A DNA stretch of 64,000 nt from NCBI GenBank assembly GCA_030390025.1, contig CM059431.1, forward strand, positions 101,806,001-101,870,000. Reading direction: 5' to 3'. The position numbers were made by a program, and so were the translations under genes. The stretch's first letter is position 1; each line of letters starts with the position of its first letter. Below are positions 57,766 through 64,000 of this stretch, one piece after another. The notes beneath the pieces are model-generated. The model searched no databases. It was not told the DNA's origin and was given only the letters and a program-made list of their open reading frames with translations. The DNA comes from Squalus acanthias. Its lineage: Eukaryota.

Positions 57766-58154
57766 ATAGAGATAGTCTGTCTCAGCTTTTGAGCAAACTG
57801 AAATTATCCTTTGTTTTTGATGCAATGATTTTATTAAACAAATGAATTCGCTATTTATACTATCTCTATTGATCGTATGACCTGTTGAATTTATTTACGG
57901 AGTCACTGTTTATGAATTTTTTTTCCACCACTTTCCACAGCAGATTAAAGTTAACAGAACAGAATCAATACAAAAGCAATTTCTGGAGGATTAGAAGTAG
58001 TTTGAAAATATTGCGCACCTGCTGGACCATCCCATCTGTTTAGCGAGGACCAAACACCTCCCAAAATGGTCAAAGATCGTAAATAACATGACATGGCAAA
58101 GCACCAGCTGGAGAAGATCATTATAATTTTTGCTGCTTCAAAAGGAAATGCACC

Positions 58155-59790
58155 ATAGAATTATAGAAGTTTACGGCACAGAAGGAGGCCATTCGGCCCA
58201 TCGTGTCTGTGCCGGCCGACAAAGAGCTCTCCACCCTGATCCCATTTTCCAGCTCTTGGTCTGTAGCCCTGCAGGTTACGGCACTTCAAGAGCATATCCA
58301 AGTACTTTTTAAATGTGATGAGGGTTTCTGCCTCTACCACCCTTTCAGGCAGTGAGTTCCAGACCCCCACCACCCTCTGGGTGAAGAAATTTTGTCTCAA
58401 ATCCCCTCTAATCCTTCTACCAATTACTTTAAATCTCTGCCCCCTGGTTATTGACCCTTCTGCTAAGGGAAATAGGTCCTTCCTATCCACTCTATCTAGG
58501 CCCCTCATAATTTTATACACCTCAATTAGGTCTCCCCTCAGCCACCTCCTGCTCCAAAGAAAACAGACCCAGCCTATCCATCTCATGGTAGCAGGATCTG
58601 TCCCCCTTTCCTCTAGCTTGTAAAAAGGTTTTTGTAAGCTTAACATTTTGAGAATTCTATAGCCATTGCTAGTTCATGTGTAAAAGAATCATAGAATGGT
58701 CACAGCACAGAAGGAGGCCGTTCGGCCTGTCGAGCTCGTGCTGGCTCTCTGCAAGAGCACCTCAGCTCGTCCCCAGCTCGGGCTTCCAGCAACACTGATG
58801 AGGAATGGGCTGAACTTGAAACCATAGAAGCTTACAGCACAGGAGGAGGCCGTTTGGTCCATCGCATCTGGGCTGGCACTCATGTGAAAGCAATGCCAAA
58901 CTAATCCCGAGATCCCGTTTCCCCCCCCCCCCCCATCGAGCCCTGTTTCTTCCTCTGCTTCAACTACTTGTTGAATTTTCCTTTAAAAGCAATGATCTCT
59001 GCCTCGGCCACTCCCTGTGGCAGTGCAGTCCGTTCTCCGAAAAGCTGTGGAAAGAAACTTCCCCTAACCCCTTCTCCTCAATCTCTGTCACAATTCCAAG
59101 TTGATGACTTTTTGTCGCTGACTCCCCAACCAGAGAGAGTCGTCTTTCCCTGTTCGCCTCATCAAAACTTTTCATAAACTTTTTAAAACCTCGATAAAAT
59201 CTCTTCCTTGGCCTTCTCTGCTTCATGCGGAAACAGTCCCAGTATCTCCAAGTCTCTCCTCCTAACCGGAGCTTCTCGTCCCTGGCATCATCCTGGTAAA
59301 TCTACACGGCTCTCTGTAGCTTTAGTGTCCTTTCTATAATGGAGTGCCCAGAACTGTACACCGTGCTCTGGCTGAGGCCTAATCAATGTTTTGGAGACGT
59401 TCATCATTGCTTTATTTTTATACTCTGTGCATCTATTTATAAACACAAAATGCTGTTGGCCTTTTTTATGGCTTAATCCAGCTGCACTCAGACTTTCAGT
59501 TGTATTGTGTATGTGGACCTCCAAGTCTCTCTGTTCATCTACATCCTTCAACATCTTTCCAACAGGGGAGTCCAGGGTTATGGGGAGTGGGCAGGAAAGT
59601 AGAGTTGAGGCCAAAATCGGATCAGCCATGATCTCATTAAATGGCGGAGCAGGCTCAAGGGGCCGAATGGCCTGCTCCTACTCCAATTTCCTATGTTCTT
59701 ATCCAGTCTGTACTCCCCTTTCTTTGCTTATCCTCCCAAAATGTATTACCTCACACTTATCCACATTAAATTGAATCTACCACCAGCCTG
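58155..59790 (-). mobile_element. Cluster of CR1 fragments of different ages
   Basis: ORFs 58161-58646, 58960-59226 and 59288-59629 carry CR1 motifs; a + strand CR1 tail is nested at about 59565-59700. Confidence 0.8.
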
Positions 59791-59897
59791 CCCATTCTGC
59801 TAACCAATGCTCCCTCTTACTGTTTTGGGGCCGGCAGAGAGGTGGGGGAGGTTGCTGGTCACCTTCCTTTATGTTTCTGAAGCCTTTTGCGCTCCTC

Positions 59898-60241
59898 CTG
59901 AGGGAGCGCTGCACTGTCGGAGGTGCCGTCTTTCGGATGCGACGTTAAATCTCTCAGGTGGACATAAAAGATCCCATGGCCAGTATTTCGAAGAAGAACA
60001 TGGGAGTTATCCCCGGTGTCCTGGTCAATATTTATCCCTCAACCAGCATCAGTAAAACAGATTGTCTGGCCATTATCACATTGCTGTTTGTGGGAGCTTG
60101 CTGTGCGCAAATTGGCTGCCGCGTTTCCTACATTACAACAGTGACTCCACTTCAACAAAAAAAAGTACTTCATTGGCTGTAAAGCGCTTTGGGACGTCCG
60201 GTGGTCGTGAAAGGTGCTGTAGAAATGCAAGTCTTTCTTTC
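59898..60241 (+). mobile_element. Deu-domain SINE, 5' truncated
   Basis: ctgagggagcgctgcactgtcggaggtgccgtctttcggatg...gcaagtctttcttt. Confidence 0.8.
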
Positions 60242-60801
60242 CTTGCTGTATGCCGAACCTCCTCAGCAAATTTAGCTGGTGTTCCCTGTACTCAACTTGA
60301 GAGCGAATAAAAGTGGACCTTTTTCAACCCTTCTCCAATCCGTGCAGCACCCATTTCCCCAAACTCTTTGTTTCTGTCCATCAACCAATCTTCTAGCCAT
60401 GTTGCTGCATTTCCTCTGGTACCATGTGCCTGTATTTTTCTAACAAGCCTCCTCTGAGACACATTTAACAAATCCGTGCTGGCTCTCCTCGATAAGCCCA
60501 TGCTAAGAATGATGAAGAAGTGATATATACCAGGAGGGTGTGTGTGAAGGAAACTGTATTAGAGGATATTGAGGAGAGAGAATCACAAAATACATTTGCA
60601 ACTTGTTTCATCTCGATCCAGTCCAAGAATGTCTTGTGGAACTGCCCTTTTATTAAGTAAAACATGTGGAATGAAACTTGGTACCGCGAACAGCAAGAAC
60701 TTGGGACCTCAGGACGTCCCAAAGTGCTTTACAGCCAATGACGTGCAGTCGCTGTTGTAAGAATAATATGATCTATACACCAAACATCCTTTCTCAAGTC
60801 A

Positions 60802-61006
60802 AATGTGAGAAGTCGCACAACACCAGGTTATAGTCCAACAGCTTTATTTGAAATCACAAGCTTTCGGAGCGCTGCTCCTTCGTCAGCACTTCACCTGACA
60901 AAGGAGCAGCGCTCCGAAAGCTTGTGATTTCAAATAAAGCTGTTGGACTATAACCTGGTGTTGTGCGACTTCTCACATTTGTCCAACACCGGCATCTCCA
61001 CATCAA
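60802..61006. mobile_element. Young palindromic Penelope-type insertion (second family) with hammerhead motifs and 11-bp TSD
   Basis: 87-bp arms 60800-60886 and 60895-60981 with one mismatch; TSD ttctcaagtca at 60791-60801 and 61007-61017; ctgacgaaggagcagcgctccgaaagctt core. Confidence 0.85.
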
Positions 61007-61289
61007 TTCTCAAGTCATGTATTGCTGTTGGGTAACTAGAAGCCTTGCCATATTCCAAAGTCTGGTGGTGTTTTGGAATGGTGCCAGTTGATGATCTTGG
61101 CACACAAACTTCAGCTGTGATTAGTGCTGTAATGATCGATTGATTCCCTGTAAAAATGCTTCACTCGATATTTTATAGTCAGATATACTTTAGTATTCTT
61201 TAAAATGAAATTTAATCTAATTAGCTTGTGTGTATGTATTTATCAGTTTCCTCTTACGGTCATAAATCACTGATTACATGTTCACTTTG

Positions 61290-62155
61290 CTTGTTCACCT
61301 CTAGGCTTGATTATTCCCAGTCATTCCTGACTGATAGCCCATCCGCCAGTCTCCATAAACTACAGCTTGTTCATGACTTGGCTGCCCATATGTTGTCTTG
61401 CACTGAGTCCCACTCACCCACCACCTCAACCTTGCCAACCTACATTGGCTCCTCATCACCTGAAGCATTCAATTTACAATCCTTGACTTGGCCTTCAAAT
61501 TCCTCCATTGCCCCACTCACTTTATCCACTGTATCTCTGCAACATCCTCCAACCTTGCATCCCCATCTGCACCCTTCAGTCCTCTCTAACTCTGACCTTT
61601 TATCAATTCCTCCATCCTTCACCCTGCCACTGGTGGTAGAACTTCTAGTTACATTGGCCTAACTCTGGGACTCCCTCCCTATACTTACACACCTCTTCTC
61701 TCTCCACCTTTTAAAGTCTCTCGGGATAAGGGGTCAGCCATTTAGGACTGAGATGAAGAGAAATTTCTTCTCTCAGAGGGTTGTGAATCTTTGGAATTCT
61801 CGACCCCAGAGGGCTGTTGGTGCTCAGTTGTTGAGTATATTCAAGGCTGAGATAGATTGATTTTTGGACTCTGGGGGAATCAAGGGATACGGGGATCGGG
61901 CAGGAAAGTGGGGTTGAGGTCGAAGATCAGCCATGATGTTATTGAATGACGGAGCAGGCTCGAGGGGCCGTGTGGCCAACTCCTGCTGCTAATTCTTATG
62001 TTCTACTCAAAACCACTCTTTTCAACCAAACTTTTGGGCGCCTCTCCTAATCTCACCGTCTACAACTCAGGTGTCCATTCCCCCCATCTACTTCCATCGT
62101 GAAAACCTTCGGCGTCTCTTGACATTAACAGCACTATTATAAAAACAAGTTGTAG
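61290..62155 (+). mobile_element. Old L2 fragment interrupted by a CR1 tail (about 61718-62005)
   Basis: TSRLDYSQSFL...LHKLQLVH. Confidence 0.7.
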
Positions 62156-62214
62156 TTGGTGACGTATGAAAATAGAAAATCAAACCTAAGCATTCAACAA
62201 GGTCTACTAATGAA

Positions 62215-63480
62215 GGAAGGAAAGATTGAACAGGCTGGGGCTCTTTTCTCTAGAAAAGAGAAGGCTGAGGGGCGACCTGATAAGAGATCTTTAAAATTAT
62301 GAAAGGATTTGATAGGGTAGACGTAGAGAAGATGTTTCCACTTGTGGGGGAGACCAGAACTAGGGGCCATAAATATAAGATAGTCACTAATAAATCCGAT
62401 AGGGAATTCAGGAGAAACTTCTTTACCCAGAGAGTGGTGAGAATGTGGAACTCGCTACCATAGGGAGTGGTTGAGGCGAATAGCATAGATACATTTAAGC
62501 GGAACCTAGATAAACACATGAGGGAGACAGGAATAGGGTGAGATGCGGTAGGGGTGGGAGGAGGCTCGTGTGGAGCATAAACACCGGCACGGACCAGTTG
62601 GGCCGAATGGCCTGTTTTTGTGCTGTCTGATTCTCTGTTGCAGATTGAGCCAATGAAAACAGGAAGGTCTCGAGTGTAATCTGTGCCAAGTTAGCTGATA
62701 TCAGCTGTAGTGGCAGTGAGAGGTAGAGGACGTACTCTCAGGTACTGAGAAGTGTAGTGTGACAGAGGGACCTTGGAGTGCATGTCCACAGATCCCTGCA
62801 GGTAGCAGGACAGGTAGATAAGGTGGTTAAGAAGGCATACGGGATACTTGCTTTTATTAGCCGAGGCATAGAATATAAGAGCAGGGAGGTTAAGCTTGAA
62901 CTGTATAAAACTAGTTAGGCCACAGCTAGAGTACTGCGTGCAGTTCTGGTCACCACATTACAGGAAGGATGTGATTGCACTGGAGAGGGTACAGAGGAGA
63001 TTTACAAGGATGTTGCCAGGACTGGAGAATTTTAGCTATGAGGAAAGATTGGATAGGCTGGGGTTGTTTTCTTTGGAACAGAGGAGGTTGAGGGGAGATT
63101 TAATTGAGGTGTATAAAATGATGAGGGGCCGAGATAGAGTGGATAGGAAGGACCTATTTCCCTTAGCAGAGAGGTCAGTAACCAGGGGGCATAGATTTAA
63201 AGTAATTGGTCGGAGGTTTAGAGGGAATTTGAGGAGAACTTTTTTCACCCAGAGGGTGGTGGGGGTCTGGAACTCACTGCCTGAAAGGGTGGTAGAGGCA
63301 GAAACCCTCATCACATTTAAAAGGCACTTGGATATGCACTTGAAGTGTCGTAACCTACAGGGCTACGGACCAAGAGCTGGAAAGTGGGATTAAGCTGGAT
63401 AGCTCCTTTTTGGTCGGCACAGACACGATGGGCCGAATGGCCTCCTTCTGTGCCGTAAACGTCTATGGTTCTATGAATTA
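62215..63480 (+). mobile_element. Two CR1 3' fragments (62215-62630, 62740-63480)
   Basis: ORF 62896-63393 [13 protein letters not shown]...[12 protein letters not shown]. Confidence 0.9.
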
Positions 63481-63547
63481 ATCTCGGCATTCCCTAACTA
63501 GTGAGGGAAAATTGGTCAGTGTTCCTGATTCACATAGCTGTGAAACA

Positions 63548-63900
63548 ACAGCAACAACTTGCATTTATATAGCGCCTTTAACGTAGTAAAATGTCCCAGG
63601 GTGCTTCACAGAAGCGATTATCAAACAAAAATTTGACACTGAGGCACATAAGGAGATATTGGGGCAGGTGAACAAAAGCTTAGTTAAAGAGGTAGGTTTT
63701 AAGGGGCGTCTTAAAAGGAGGAGAGAGAGAGAGGCGGAGAGGTTTAAGGAGGGAATTCCAGAACTTAGGGCCCAGGCAGCTGAAGGCACGACCACCAATG
63801 GATCAGCGATGAAAATCGGGGATGCTCAAGAGGCCAGAATTAGAGGAGCGCAGAGATCTCAGAGGGTTGTGGGGCTGGAGGAGGTTACAGAGATAGGGAG
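63548..63900 (-). mobile_element. L2 3' fragment
   Basis: caacaacttgcatttatatagcgcc tail and L2 body. Confidence 0.88.
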
Positions 63901-64000
63901 TGAGCACTTGCTGCAAATGTTCTTGTGTGGATGTTGGGTTAGGACAAGCTTAGCTTTTGATTTATGATGGCTCACAAGAGTGAATAGCCTGTTGGAGCAG

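Noticed and set aside
57227..64000. Next DOCK exon (FPYVKKRI motif)
   Set aside because: Not found by eye; probably lies beyond the window end.

Overview
Eukaryotic, repeat-rich vertebrate DNA. The repeat families (HE1/V-SINE, Deu-domain SINE, CR1, L2, Penelope) point to a cartilaginous fish. The whole window lies inside one + strand gene: 14 GT-AG coding exons (3667-57226) of a DOCK-D/Zizimin Cdc42 GEF, closest to DOCK9 but with several DOCK11-type residues. They encode the armadillo region and the first part of DHR2, including a 6-nt (Ala-Ala) microexon and a 36-nt cassette. The start and stop codons lie outside the window. Introns are filled with truncated CR1 and L2 LINEs, three SINE families, Penelope fragments, MITE-like elements and mini/microsatellites; nearly all long ORF-track entries are repeat artefacts. 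Most notable: (i) minimal hammerhead ribozyme motifs in Penelope terminal repeats, including a young 87-bp-arm palindrome with an 11-bp TSD; (ii) a decayed copy of part of a DOCK exon, duplicated with its upstream CR1 about 19 kb upstream; (iii) four large expansions of one 33-bp unit from inside a SINE, plus a 32-bp minisatellite inside a CR1; (iv) a TE-depleted microexon zone; (v) an in-frame, stop-free 123-nt intron. Family names come from recalled consensus and protein sequences, not database searches. Repeat boundaries are approximate; exon boundaries were checked by splice sites and phase.
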